The notes: generated from the letters alone by a model not told the origin. A stretch of 64,000 nt of DNA from Promethearchaeota archaeon (GCA_048939595.1 JBHLPI010000002.1:13058-77057), one strand, 5' to 3'; shown: positions 37,294 to 47,563, counted from the stretch's first letter. Numbers and translations are program-made.

Positions 37294-38426
37294 GCAGCAT
37301 TCACCTCCCTTAGTTGATTGAGAATTTCATTTGACTGATGAACTTCTCCAGCTACCTTCGGGACACTGATGACCTTCGCATGACATGCAATACGGGCGAT
37401 TTCGTGGACCATCATACCCATGTTCATCTCCACAACGAAAACTCGGTGAACACCTTTGAGTAATTCAAGAAGGTGGGCTTCTGGTAATGGCCAGAGTGTT
37501 TTCAGACGGATGAAGCCCACATCCTGTCCTTTTTTCCTTGCTCTTTGAACCGCGTGGTAAGCCGGTCGAGCAGCCGCTCCAAAACTAAGTACTACAGTCG
37601 ATGCAGAGCTGAGATGTTTTATTTCTAAATCAAGCCCTTCTTTCTGGAGAGCAATTCCTGCTTGCCGATTCTTTTCAAACAGCCACTCAATTGTCGCACG
37701 ATGGAAACGTGGGGTATAGTCACGAATACCGGTCGGACGGTGTGCGGAGCCTGTGACAAGCAAATTCATCCCATCGCCAAACTGGGGCATCTCATACCGG
37801 AGAAAGATTTCATCTGGATTGGAATGCTTCGGAGTAAGTCTTTCCCGGTTGACAATTGGGATTTCTTCGAGTTTTGGAATTCTGAGGGGTTCACGCATAT
37901 AGCTGACTTCACCATCTGACATTACGAGTGCGGGCGAGCGAAAACGCTCAGCATAATTGAAAGCCTGGATGGTAAAATCGAACATTTCTTGGACTGACCA
38001 AGGAACGAAGGCGATTGGTGCAATATCTCCATGTGAACCATAACGAGCCTGCATGATATCTTGCTGCCCAGGCATCGTAGCTTGTCCTGTGCTAGGGCCT
38101 GACCGTTGGGCATCAACAACGACAATAGGCGTTTCAGTGAGATAGGCATAACCAAGGTTTTCTTGCATCAAGCTGAACCCGGGTCCGGAGGTGGCTGTCA
38201 TTGCTTTTCCGCCAGCCCAAGAAGCTCCGATGATCGCTGCAATTGAAGCGATTTCGTCTTCCATTTGTAGATAATAACCTTTAACTTCGGGAAGTCGTTG
38301 GGCCATCCACTCAACGATGCTTGTCGCGGGTGTAATGGGATATCCTGCAAAAAACCGGCAGCCCGCACTAATTGCGCCCTCTGCACAGGCTGTGCCACCA
38401 TCAACAAAGTACATACCGGCTTTCAT
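37290..38426 (-). CDS. 2-oxoacid:ferredoxin oxidoreductase alpha subunit.
   Basis: The sequence MKAGMYFVDGGTACAEGAISAGCRFFAGYPITPAT is the canonical alpha N terminus. It overlaps the beta gene by 4 nt. Confidence 0.85.
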   Translation of the reverse strand: MKAGMYFVDGGTACAEGAISAGCRFFAGYPITPATSIVEWMAQRLPEVKGYYLQMEDEIASIAAIIGASWAGGKAMTATSGPGFSLMQENLGYAYLTETPIVVVDAQRSGPSTGQATMPGQQDIMQARYGSHGDIAPIAFVPWSVQEMFDFTIQAFNYAERFRSPALVMSDGEVSYMREPLRIPKLEEIPIVNRERLTPKHSNPDEIFLRYEMPQFGDGMNLLVTGSAHRPTGIRDYTPRFHRATIEWLFEKNRQAGIALQKEGLDLEIKHLSSASTVVLSFGAAARPAYHAVQRARKKGQDVGFIRLKTLWPLPEAHLLELLKGVHRVFVVEMNMGMMVHEIARIACHAKVISVPKVAGEVHQSNEILNQLREVNAA

Positions 38427-38659
38427 TCTTCCTCAACCTCAATCATAATTGCCGCATCAGGACATCGTTTTTCACATAATCGACAAGCGACCCCCTCTTT
38501 ACCATGGACGAGCATACATTTGATTTCTCCGTTCTGTACGAGACGAGGGCTATGACCACCCCAAGCGGTAGGAGTATCTTCTTCTAAGATTTTCGTTGGG
38601 CAGAAAAGAATGCAAATGCCACAGCCTTTGCAAAGGTTTTTGTCTACTGTCAGTTTGAT
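38423..38659 (-). CDS. 2-oxoacid:ferredoxin oxidoreductase delta subunit (2x[4Fe-4S] ferredoxin). The start codon is uncertain.
   Basis: Manual translation gives ...IKLTVDKNLCKGCGICILFCPT...EGVACRLCEKRCPDAAIMIEVEEE. The TGA stop overlaps the alpha-subunit ATG (ATGA). There is no in-frame ATG, GTG or TTG between the upstream stop at 38690-38692 and the first Cys motif. Confidence 0.6.
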   Translation of the reverse strand: MKLTVDKNLCKGCGICILFCPTKILEEDTPTAWGGHSPRLVQNGEIKCMLVHGKEGVACRLCEKRCPDAAIMIEVEEE

Positions 38660-38774
38660 TCGTCGTGGGATTCTAGACGCCTCCCAGAATCATGTGAGTA
38701 TTTATCATCGTCGGTGAGTCTGTCTGATTACCTAAAGCTTTATGGATGGACAATTGCTCTATTTTTGGTTATAA

Positions 38775-38975
38775 TTATGTTTCTTCTGGTTTACGAAGAA
38801 GTTGGTCAATTCCCCAACCACATATAAACCCACCAGTAATAGCCGAAATAATTGCACATGTAAAAAGAAAAGGTTGCCCGAGGAATACAGCAAAAAAAGC
38901 AATGAAGATTGCGTTGACAAACATTGCACCAAACAGTATGGTCTCAAAAATAATTCGAACACGGCTTGATTTCAC
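38775..38975 (-). CDS. Small membrane protein of 66 aa with two TM helices.
   Basis: The product is MKSSRVRIIFETILFGAMFVNAIFIAFFAVFLGQPFLFTCAIISAITGGFICGWGI, lying upstream of the POR operon. Confidence 0.4.
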   Translation of the reverse strand: MKSSRVRIIFETILFGAMFVNAIFIAFFAVFLGQPFLFTCAIISAITGGFICGWGIDQLLRKPEET

Positions 38976-39131
38976 AAACTCACTCCCAAAGCTAAGAAAC
39001 CATTATGTATATTTTTGTTCAGTTCCTTATTATTGTAATTGTTGAATATTGAAAAAGAAGTTTTTTGACACAAAACAAACCCGACATATTTTGCAACACA
39101 TTTATGGAAAGACGAGTCTAACTGTTGCGTT

Positions 39132-40487
39132 ATGCCGCAACGAGTTAGTGGTCGATTTCCACGATGGCTGACGGCCATCTTCATGTTTGCCATTTCCTTG
39201 GTCCTTGTCATCTTGACATACTTTATTGATATTGTGGGTGCTCTTTACTATTTTATTAGCATCCTGATTGCCTTTCTGCTCTGGACTTACGTCGATAAAC
39301 AGCCTGTTGAGGGATTTGGTTTTAATCGCATCTCGCGATGGTGGCTTCAACTCATCTTGGGAATTATCCTGGCGAGTACAGTTCTTGGCTTGATTCTCTG
39401 GCTTGAAGTGCTTATTGGTTGGGTTGTTTTAAGCCCTGTCTTCCTTACTGTGCCGTTATGGGCGATTGTAGGGCTTCTTGCATATTATGCGATATGGCAG
39501 GCGCTGGTTGCGGCAGCTGAAGAGTTTGTTAGCCGAGGGTACATTCAGCAAAATCTCGCAACCCAATTACCCATTCCGCTGGCAATTCTAGCTGCCTCAA
39601 TTCTCTTTGCTGCATTACATATTCCAAGTATTGTGTTTCACTTGCTACCTGTACCTCTTGCAGTCATCATGTTCATGAATTTGATTCTTGGGGGAATCAT
39701 GTTGGGCTTGGCGTTTGCCCGAACTGGACATTTATGGTTGCCTATCGGATTGCATTTTGGCTGGAATTACATGCTTTATCATATTGCTGGCTTTGGTGGA
39801 AATGGAATCTTTGATGTGCAAAATCTGGGTCCATCCCTGTTCACTGGTGACCTGATGGGTCCTGAAGCAGGATTGTTTGGTACCCTTGCCTTCTTGTTTT
39901 TAATTACTATTGTCTGGTTAGGAACTCAACCAACTAATGGGCAGCTTATGCGAACTTTTGAACGTAAGCCCTTGCTGATGTTTGCTTTTGGATTCCTCAT
40001 GATGGCCATCCCTGTTGTATTGGGGATGGTCTTTGCGGGACTCTGGCTATTCCTCGTTATCTGGCTTCTTTACGCGATCTTTTTTCTGCAGATTTGGGAA
40101 AATCGAATGCTGTGTAGTCACTGCCCCCATTATGCTTCTGAAGGACGTATCTTACGGTGCCATGCGAATTATGGGCTCTATAAACTCTGGAAGTTTAATC
40201 CTGCGCCGATGAGCCGTTCTGAACAAGCTCAAATGGTAATCGGTGTTACCATTATGATTGGGTTTCCTTTTCCATTGTTGGTGTGGGCTCAGCAATGGTT
40301 CATGCTGAACATCGCCTTATTTGGAGCAATTATCCTCGGGGCTATCTTATTCGGTTGGCTGTGTCTCCGTTGTATCAACTTTTCGTGTCCCTTCAATCGT
40401 GTACCAAAAGCTGAGGTTGATGCGTTTCTGAAAGCACACCCAGAGATACGGAAAGCTTGGGAAGAAATGGGATATAACTTGGATTGA
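39132..40487 (+). CDS. CPBP (CAAX protease / Abi) family intramembrane metalloprotease.
   Basis: Motifs include EEFVSRGYIQ, FAALHIP and HFGWNYMLY. Confidence 0.7.
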   Translation: MPQRVSGRFPRWLTAIFMFAISLVLVILTYFIDIVGALYYFISILIAFLLWTYVDKQPVEGFGFNRISRWWLQLILGIILASTVLGLILWLEVLIGWVVLSPVFLTVPLWAIVGLLAYYAIWQALVAAAEEFVSRGYIQQNLATQLPIPLAILAASILFAALHIPSIVFHLLPVPLAVIMFMNLILGGIMLGLAFARTGHLWLPIGLHFGWNYMLYHIAGFGGNGIFDVQNLGPSLFTGDLMGPEAGLFGTLAFLFLITIVWLGTQPTNGQLMRTFERKPLLMFAFGFLMMAIPVVLGMVFAGLWLFLVIWLLYAIFFLQIWENRMLCSHCPHYASEGRILRCHANYGLYKLWKFNPAPMSRSEQAQMVIGVTIMIGFPFPLLVWAQQWFMLNIALFGAIILGAILFGWLCLRCINFSCPFNRVPKAEVDAFLKAHPEIRKAWEEMGYNLD

Positions 40488-40496
40488 TTCCCCGTT

Positions 40497-41132
40497 TTAA
40501 CTATGGTGAAATGCCTTTGCAAGCGTAGCGACGCGTTCACCGACAAGTTGACTATTTCGAATGGCAATTTGGTCCTTAGGAGTCCCTCGCCAAGAAAAAC
40601 CCTCAGTTTGGAGTGCAGTCATCCCCGCCCAAGCTTCTTTCACCGGATCACCGACCCCGCCAACGACAATCATTCCTTGTCCGAGTGCATAATTGATGAG
40701 GGTTCCAGCTGTTGTTTCCTGTCCGCCGTGCCTAAGTCCTGCTGCAACGATGATTCCAACGATTTTATCACGGAGTCGATGGTCAAGCATTTTTCGAGTT
40801 CGTGACCGATCAATGAGGTTTTTGAGAAGCCCTGGCACGGTTGCAAAATAACAGGGGCTGGCAAAAATGATGGCATGAGCTGCCTCCATTTTATCTAACA
40901 CTTTTGGAACATCATCTTTCGCATCCTCTGGGCAGAGTTTTTGCCGGACGCAGTTGTCACAGCCAGTACAGGGAAGAATAGTGTAATCAGCGAGGCGGAG
41001 AAGCTCGGTTTCGACTATATCAACTGACTTTGCAGCGGCAAGCGCTTGCGCCAAGAGGAATTCCGAACTTGATTTGTCTTTTTTGGGGGATCCGCAGAGA
41101 CCTAACACCTTGATTGCCATGGAAACACACAT
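40497..41132 (-). CDS. Iron-sulfur flavoprotein (Isf) / NADPH-dependent FMN reductase family protein.
   Basis: It has a flavodoxin-like fold (IKVLGLCGSPKK) and the Isf Cys cluster CTGCDNCVRQKLC. An alternative start lies at 41120. Confidence 0.65.
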   Translation of the reverse strand: MCVSMAIKVLGLCGSPKKDKSSSEFLLAQALAAAKSVDIVETELLRLADYTILPCTGCDNCVRQKLCPEDAKDDVPKVLDKMEAAHAIIFASPCYFATVPGLLKNLIDRSRTRKMLDHRLRDKIVGIIVAAGLRHGGQETTAGTLINYALGQGMIVVGGVGDPVKEAWAGMTALQTEGFSWRGTPKDQIAIRNSQLVGERVATLAKAFHHS

Positions 41133-41215
41133 CTGCCGAGTCCTATGACGGGCTTCCCCAATAGGGTTCCGGTGTCAGTCCTAAGCTAGCTGCGGACAAG
41201 CCTTTTTCGTAGAAA

Positions 41216-41857
41216 TTAGCGAGGAGGTTGGTGGCGAAGAGCGTTTTCGATACGTCGGAGGTCAGCTGGTGTATTGACATTGGTAAACGTGAGTAGTTTC
41301 TTGTCGAACCGTTCGAGAGCAGTTGTTGATAGATAAATAACCCGACCGATTCTTTTGATTAAACATTGCATGCGGTATTCCTTTGCTTCTAAGCATTGAG
41401 TTGCAATATCGCGAGCAATATCGGTTGCATATACAGAGTGAAGCGGTTCAACCCAACCGTTTGGCCAGCGTGGAACTGCAGCATGATGGTTCTCGACCAT
41501 GTTCCATAAGATTTCAAAAAACATGTTATGAATTAGTGGTGAATCGCAGGGAAGGAGTTGAGTATAGGGAGATTTAGCATGCTGAAATGCAGTAAACGCT
41601 CCAACCAATGGACACCGCATTTCATTGTTTTCATCGGTAAGAATTTGATCTTTTGAGATGTATTTGGAAAATAGGTCTTGATCAGCCTTTGAATGGACAA
41701 TAATTATGACTTCGCTGGCATGGGCTTCACAAGCATCTACTACATGGAGAAATAAGGGCTTGCCAGCGATTTGGATAAGAGCCTTAGATGGTTTGAAGCG
41801 ATCACTTCGTCCCCCGGCTAAAATTGCGACAGTAACAGATTCCATCACTTGCGTCAC
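41216..41857 (-). CDS. mobA: Molybdenum cofactor guanylyltransferase (MobA-like NTP transferase).
   Basis: The sequence VAILAGGRSDRFKPSKALIQIAGKPL matches the MobA N-terminal motif. Confidence 0.7.
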   Translation of the reverse strand: MTQVMESVTVAILAGGRSDRFKPSKALIQIAGKPLFLHVVDACEAHASEVIIIVHSKADQDLFSKYISKDQILTDENNEMRCPLVGAFTAFQHAKSPYTQLLPCDSPLIHNMFFEILWNMVENHHAAVPRWPNGWVEPLHSVYATDIARDIATQCLEAKEYRMQCLIKRIGRVIYLSTTALERFDKKLLTFTNVNTPADLRRIENALRHQPPR

Positions 41858-42271
41858 TCTTTGAATCTATCATTCTCTACGCCGCAAAAGCTAGCATTTG
41901 GACTAAAAAGTTATTGATACAGTAAATCAAGAAGAAAAACGTGATTTGCTTTTCGCTAGCTTTGGAGGGTGGTCTCCCCTCCAACAACATCATAATATTC
42001 ACCTATACCCCTATAAAGCGAAGAAAGAGCCCATCATCATCGTTAGATTTCTTTTTAATCGCAAAATTAATAATATTTTGAGAATAAAATTCTAAATAAC
42101 CCATTAAATATCAAAAAGAGCCCAATAAGCCGTTTAAAATGGATTTCATACTGAATTGATTAGAAAATAGAACAATAAAATAGGACTTTGTAACATAAAA
42201 CTCTCCTGAAAATCGCTTTGAGGAACAATCGACATATGCCGATACAGCTTTCGCATTGTTGAGGGTCGTAA

Positions 42272-43669
42272 ATGCCTGTTATCTCCGATGAATCTCTTAA
42301 TGCCCTATCAAACCGAATCCTTTCTCGTTTGGATCCGGAAGATCGAAGTTATGCATTGAGTTTGATACAGAATATTATAATCTTCATTAAACGAATTCAA
42401 GGCCAAAAGATAAGTGAAGAAGAGGAACATTATCCAAGACATCCTCTTTTTTCACATTCTGCCCAAAAAGGAGGACAAGACACCGCCAAAACTCTTCTCT
42501 ACCGGTTACGTCTTGTTGACCAATATCATCTAGACAGAATACAATGCATAATCGATGTAGTTATCAGAAATATCCCATTTGGAGGTAAGAAACCCCTTTC
42601 ATCACGCAAAGCCCAGATACTTTGGCAACTATATCAAAACCCCATGGCCCCCAAATATAAATTAGCTAAGCAAATTGGCACAACACCGCGGACCCTTTCA
42701 AAAGATATTGCCGAATTAGAAAGAGACTATGCATTTCGAATTTTTACTTCAGTTGATTCCCATAAATTCCATCTAATTCAGAAAATCATCGTTTTTGAAA
42801 CAAAATCAATAGCACACACAAGGAAGCTAGCGGATTATGCTACCAATCACCGAGGCTTTCTTCGATCATTTCGACTTGACCAGGATATGCGTAGAGGTAC
42901 ACTGATTTATCGATACCCAAATCAAAAGGAAGGCAACCAATTGTTCGAAGCGCGAGTTGACACGCTTTTAGATGAACTGTTTATTGACGTTAATATCACT
43001 CAGGTGTTTGGAATACATCAATTCATTTCTTTTGAAATGTATAATCCTTTAACTTACGATTTTTCAATTGAGCCAGAAATTGTTTCACAAGTTCCCTTTG
43101 ATTACAGTAAAAGCCATTTGGATACCCTTCCACAGCCCCGTGGGCTTACCTTCACCAAACCTTTTTGGTTTGATCAGGCTGATTTCCTTTTAGCCGATAC
43201 GCTATATTCGTCTGGAACGCTTGCTGACCTCCAATATAAACAACGGCTTCTACGCAGATATGGAATTGAATATTCTACAAAAACGATTTGGAAGAAACAA
43301 CAGCGTCTCCGGAAAGAAAACGTCGGTTTTCCTACTATTGAATTACAGATTCCAGGTTTCGATGAAGATTTGGTTCTAGTTGTATTTTGTACACCAAAAG
43401 CCGCTTCATCAATTCGAGCAATTTCTGTTTTTCTTCCATATGTGATGATAATTACAACGGATTCTGGTTGTTTGCTACGAATTCAGCGACCAGTCCACAC
43501 TGCAACACTAACGGGACAACTTATTCGAAAAATACACAACCAAAGAGGCGTGAGGGATGTGAAACTCCTTCGATATCAAGGCAGACTTCAAACACCCCTA
43601 TTGCCAGATATTGTACATCGATGGAATACAGACAAACAAAAATGGATGGTACAAGAAGAAGACATCTGA
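42272..43669 (+). CDS. Member 1 of an expanded family of about 470-aa proteins with two predicted winged-helix/HTH segments. Function unknown.
   Basis: It is paralogous to 43688-45118 and 48811-50232 (shared EE.YP.H..FSH....G....L.YRL.L.D.Y.I and C-terminal W...KQ.W). The HTHs are LYQNPMAPKYKLAKQIGTTPRTLSKDIAELER and GIEYSTKTIWKKQQRL. Confidence 0.5.
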   Translation: MPVISDESLNALSNRILSRLDPEDRSYALSLIQNIIIFIKRIQGQKISEEEEHYPRHPLFSHSAQKGGQDTAKTLLYRLRLVDQYHLDRIQCIIDVVIRNIPFGGKKPLSSRKAQILWQLYQNPMAPKYKLAKQIGTTPRTLSKDIAELERDYAFRIFTSVDSHKFHLIQKIIVFETKSIAHTRKLADYATNHRGFLRSFRLDQDMRRGTLIYRYPNQKEGNQLFEARVDTLLDELFIDVNITQVFGIHQFISFEMYNPLTYDFSIEPEIVSQVPFDYSKSHLDTLPQPRGLTFTKPFWFDQADFLLADTLYSSGTLADLQYKQRLLRRYGIEYSTKTIWKKQQRLRKENVGFPTIELQIPGFDEDLVLVVFCTPKAASSIRAISVFLPYVMIITTDSGCLLRIQRPVHTATLTGQLIRKIHNQRGVRDVKLLRYQGRLQTPLLPDIVHRWNTDKQKWMVQEEDI

Positions 43670-43687
43670 TAAGAGGAAAAAGAAACG

Positions 43688-45118
43688 ATGACAAGGATAC
43701 AAAACCCTTCTCATTCAGCCAATCTAGAACCTGTCATTGACAAGCAATTCATTGAGAAGCTCATTCATCGATCTGAACCACAAGAAGATCATGAAGATTT
43801 GCGCCTTTTTCTCACAAATGTGCTACTTTTTGTAAAACGTGTTGATGGAGTCGATTTAACGGATGAGGAGAAGGAATATCCATCTCATTCCCAATTTTCT
43901 CATTTGACTTTTCGCAAAGGGCAAAGTACAGCTGAGGGATTGAAATATCGTTTAGACCTCATTGACCGATATAACATCACCAACGCGCAACGCATAATTA
44001 ATATCATAGCCTCAACCGCCGTCTCAACTCCTAAGGAGAAACTAAATTCTCGTCAAATTCGCATAATCGAAGAACTACACAAGAATCCAACCATAGCCCG
44101 ATATGAACTCGCTAAGAAGCTATCAACAACAGCGCAAATTATCCGTAAAGAACTAATGCATCTCCGCCAACAATTTTCATTGGCTGTCATCTACAATTTG
44201 GATTACAGTAAACTCCGATTAGGTTTATTTGAGATTGATTTTCGGACAAAATCACTGGATGCATCTGAGCAACTTGAAAGATTCTACCGGAGAACTCCTC
44301 CTATCTTCTTGCGCCGAATAAATTTTGATCACAACTATCGAGATGGTTTCTTTCACTATCTTGTCCCGGATCAACCGGCGGGTCATCGAATGTTTGCTGA
44401 ACGCCTAAAGTGGTTAGATTCAAATTTTCTCGAAGAATCATCAACATTCAAAATCGAGAGTCTTCGCATTGATATTTCATTTGAGAATTATAATTTAGTA
44501 ACTGGCACGTGGATGCTGGATTCTGACTCGTATTCCGTAGGAGTCTTGGAATTTCTTACAGCTCAGGACAGAGATAGGCTGCCCGCGCGAGAGATGATAT
44601 TTGGGAGACCGATACGATTTGATCGCACGGATTACATTATAGCTTCTACGCCCTACATTTTTGGGGAAAAGCAGCATATCGGGGTCTGCCAAAAGGTGTT
44701 AGAACAACATGGATATTCATTATCTAAAAAGACAATTTGGAATCGCGTAAAGAAGTTGCAACAAGAGGATGTTATGTATCCGTCTGTTTGGTATGATAGT
44801 CCTGAGCTTGAAGAACTTGTCAAGTTTAGTATTACGTGCACTCCTGCAGCCTTTGAACCTATTTATCGACTTCTTTCAATTCTTCCTTATGTCTATTCTG
44901 TCCGAACAGACATTGGATTGACCTTTACATTTCACCGACCGAGTCGATGTGCCCCAATAACAGGTCTATTAGCTGACACCTTTGATAGAATAGATAGTGT
45001 TTCGGATATCAAGATTTTTCGGTACGAGCCTACCTTTAGTCCACAGTTGTTTACGAAGACCGCGGATCGTTGGGATGAAAGCCGACAACGTTGGCTTCTG
45101 AAAAAAGGTGATATCTAA
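43688..45118 (+). CDS. Member 2 of the same double-HTH paralog family.
   Basis: It sits in tandem, 18 nt after member 1, with the same domain layout (LHKNPTIARYELAKKLSTTAQIIRKELMHL and GYSLSKKTIWNRVKKLQ). Confidence 0.5.
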   Translation: MTRIQNPSHSANLEPVIDKQFIEKLIHRSEPQEDHEDLRLFLTNVLLFVKRVDGVDLTDEEKEYPSHSQFSHLTFRKGQSTAEGLKYRLDLIDRYNITNAQRIINIIASTAVSTPKEKLNSRQIRIIEELHKNPTIARYELAKKLSTTAQIIRKELMHLRQQFSLAVIYNLDYSKLRLGLFEIDFRTKSLDASEQLERFYRRTPPIFLRRINFDHNYRDGFFHYLVPDQPAGHRMFAERLKWLDSNFLEESSTFKIESLRIDISFENYNLVTGTWMLDSDSYSVGVLEFLTAQDRDRLPAREMIFGRPIRFDRTDYIIASTPYIFGEKQHIGVCQKVLEQHGYSLSKKTIWNRVKKLQQEDVMYPSVWYDSPELEELVKFSITCTPAAFEPIYRLLSILPYVYSVRTDIGLTFTFHRPSRCAPITGLLADTFDRIDSVSDIKIFRYEPTFSPQLFTKTADRWDESRQRWLLKKGDI

Positions 45119-45128
45119 TCGAAGTGGT

Positions 45129-46037
45129 TCAGGATGATTCCTGCATAATTGAGAAGAAGTGGTCTACCAATTCTTTGGCAATATTGGTATCTATGACTTG
45201 TTGTAAGCCTTGCCATCCACTGCTACTATTGACCTCAGTGACTATCAGTCCTTTTTCAGTTTCTAAAATATCGACACCGGTATATTCGAGTCCAATTGTC
45301 TTAGCACATTTCACTGCAAGTTCTTCTAATTCTTGAGTTAGAGGACAAGGTTGTGGTTTAGCGCCTTGCCGCAGTGCACTTTTCCATGAATCTCCAATAC
45401 GGGTCATAGCCCCAATGGCTCTATTTCCAATTACGAATACACGGATATCCTGATTTCCATGTTCGAGATATTCTTGAATGTACATAACATAACGGTTCGC
45501 TTCTAATGACCGAAAGACACGACGAGCTATTTCATGATCGCTTACCCTAGTCATTCCCACACCACCAGAGCCAAAGAGCGGTTTGACAACAACATCCTTG
45601 TATTGTCGAAAAGCACGAAGTGCATCACGCGTGTATTGCGTTACGGTGGTTCTGGGAACTGGAAGTCCAGCAAATTCAAGCAATCGTAATGTATAGTATT
45701 TGTCCACAGCCTTCTCAATGGCATGGGGACGATTCATAAAAGGAATCCCAAGCCTTTCAAGACAGTGCAGTGTGTCCATTCGTAGAATCACTTGCTCCAA
45801 TGAGCCCCCTGGTACGGCACGTGTGAATACGCCTTGTAGAGTTGTCAGGTCTTCTTTTTTGTACTGAACTCGAGGATGCTTCCCCCCCACACGGACGATC
45901 GTTTCGGTAACATCAAATAGAACACATTCAGTGCCCTTGTGCTGAATCTCGTTTACAACGCGGCTAGTCTCCCATCCTTCTGGTTCGGCTGAAGCAACTC
46001 CCACACGCTGAATCTGTTTAACCATGATTTCACTCAC
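45129..46037 (-). CDS. RimK-type ATP-grasp glutamate ligase (CofF/MptN-like).
   Basis: ATP-grasp motifs include VVKPLFGSGGVGM and EYTGVDILE. It overlaps cofE-like by 4 nt. Confidence 0.65.
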   Translation of the reverse strand: MSEIMVKQIQRVGVASAEPEGWETSRVVNEIQHKGTECVLFDVTETIVRVGGKHPRVQYKKEDLTTLQGVFTRAVPGGSLEQVILRMDTLHCLERLGIPFMNRPHAIEKAVDKYYTLRLLEFAGLPVPRTTVTQYTRDALRAFRQYKDVVVKPLFGSGGVGMTRVSDHEIARRVFRSLEANRYVMYIQEYLEHGNQDIRVFVIGNRAIGAMTRIGDSWKSALRQGAKPQPCPLTQELEELAVKCAKTIGLEYTGVDILETEKGLIVTEVNSSSGWQGLQQVIDTNIAKELVDHFFSIMQESS

Positions 46038-46813
46038 CGTCGAAAGAGATCCCGATCAGGTTCTCGAACTAGCATCTGAGCTGAACCTAGCCCCTTTTCA
46101 AAGTCATATCCACGAATCACAATCACTGCGTTTCCTTCATTGGCTTCGCCCATAAGTAATTCCGCGGCGGAAGCCAGCTCATCAGCCACTGCAACCTTAG
46201 TCGATCGAAGCTCATATCCAAACAAATCTGTGAGTCCTATGTAACTTTTCACAGGAAGAAATCCCGCAACTCCAATGGCGATATTGATGGATCCTTCGCG
46301 GAAAGGTCGCCCATGCGTATCAGAAATGATAATGGCGACCTCAATGTCTAATTGGTTTCTTATGGTCTGGCGAATACGCTCAGCTGAAGCATCGGGATTT
46401 TCTGGGAGAAGGGTTACACAATCAGAGTCGGGTACGTTGGACGAATCGACCCCTGCATTAGCACATACATATCCATGAGTGGTTTCCACAATAAGATGCC
46501 CTTGTTCAGCACGGATGACTCGAGTAGCCTCCTGTAAAATCACTTCAACGAGTTCAGGCCGTTTATCCAGCTTATCCGCTAGCGCCAGGGCTTCTGCAGA
46601 AGGCTTAACATGAGAAAGGTTAACAGTCCGTCCCTCTGCTCGTGAGATGATAGTCTGTGCAATGACTAAGATATCGCCGGAATATAATGCGAAGCCACTG
46701 TCCGTACTAGCTTGACAAATGCGATTACCAACATCATCACTATGATGAATGAGCCCTAACTTAGGTAGAACATGAACGGAATATGACGAGGGAAGAGTTG
46801 TGGGTGAAGGCAT
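46034..46813 (-). CDS. cofE: F420-0:gamma-glutamyl ligase (CofE) family protein.
   Basis: The CofE pattern is GDILVIAQTIISRAEG...GYVCANAGVDSSN...ISDTHGRPFREGSINIAIG. Confidence 0.65.
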   Translation of the reverse strand: MPSPTTLPSSYSVHVLPKLGLIHHSDDVGNRICQASTDSGFALYSGDILVIAQTIISRAEGRTVNLSHVKPSAEALALADKLDKRPELVEVILQEATRVIRAEQGHLIVETTHGYVCANAGVDSSNVPDSDCVTLLPENPDASAERIRQTIRNQLDIEVAIIISDTHGRPFREGSINIAIGVAGFLPVKSYIGLTDLFGYELRSTKVAVADELASAAELLMGEANEGNAVIVIRGYDFEKGLGSAQMLVREPDRDLFRR

Positions 46814-46954
46814 ATTCAGGTCATTCGGGAATTCAGTGTCACCCGCTTAAGAGTGTGCCGACAGCGAAGAAGGAAAGTTATAAAGACGAGAACTACAGCT
46901 GCAATCTTATCAATCGACCAACTTAGTCGGTCAAGCACTTCGAGCGTGGAAGAA

Positions 46955-47563
46955 ATGCCTGAGAAATTCATTAAATACCATATTCAAAAGGACCAACTTG
47001 TCCGCGTCCCTCAAAATTACCTAAACGAGTTCGGAACAGGTGACGTATACCTAGTTGACACCGGACCCATCATTTACTCATGGATTGGGAACAAGTCCAC
47101 ACCTGATGAACAATTCATTGGAGCGGTTACCGCGGTATGGAAAGACCAAGATCGAAAGGGAACCGCAAAACTTGTTACGGTTCATGAAGGAGAAGAACCC
47201 AGAGCGTTTTTAGAATTATTCAGTGATAAGATTGTAGTAACCGAGCAAGATACTGAGGGGATTCTGAAACGTGTCGCACTCAAACAACACGAGTTCAAAC
47301 TTTTCCGTGTACACATCGAAGATGAATTGAAAATGTTTTACGAAGTTGAACGCGATAAAGACTCTCTTGATACAGGTGATGTCTTTCTTTTAGATACATA
47401 CAATAAAATCTACATTTGGCGAGGAAAAGGATCCACCGCCTTCGAACGCTGGGAAGGCATGCGAATAGCTGAAGGATATGATGGCCAACGAGCAGGACAT
47501 CAAGAAGTCATTATCGTTGAAGAGGGAGAAGAACCCAAAGAATTCATCAAACTCCTCAAGTAA
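46955..47563 (+). CDS. Two-domain gelsolin/cofilin-superfamily protein (Asgard 2DGel-like actin regulator).
   Basis: Two gelsolin repeats are present: DVYLVDTGPIIYSWIGNKSTPDEQF and DVFLLDTYNKIYIWRGKGSTAFERWEG. The start is chosen at MPEKF; the ORF track extends 34 codons upstream. Confidence 0.7.
   Translation: MPEKFIKYHIQKDQLVRVPQNYLNEFGTGDVYLVDTGPIIYSWIGNKSTPDEQFIGAVTAVWKDQDRKGTAKLVTVHEGEEPRAFLELFSDKIVVTEQDTEGILKRVALKQHEFKLFRVHIEDELKMFYEVERDKDSLDTGDVFLLDTYNKIYIWRGKGSTAFERWEGMRIAEGYDGQRAGHQEVIIVEEGEEPKEFIKLLK

Noticed and set aside
41880-42270. Possible repeat array in the AT-rich spacer upstream of the first double-HTH paralog.
   Set aside because: I found only a short duplicated AAAGAGCCCA and a 6-bp hairpin (GGAGGG...CCCTCC). 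No regular repeat-spacer periodicity is present, so it is not CRISPR.
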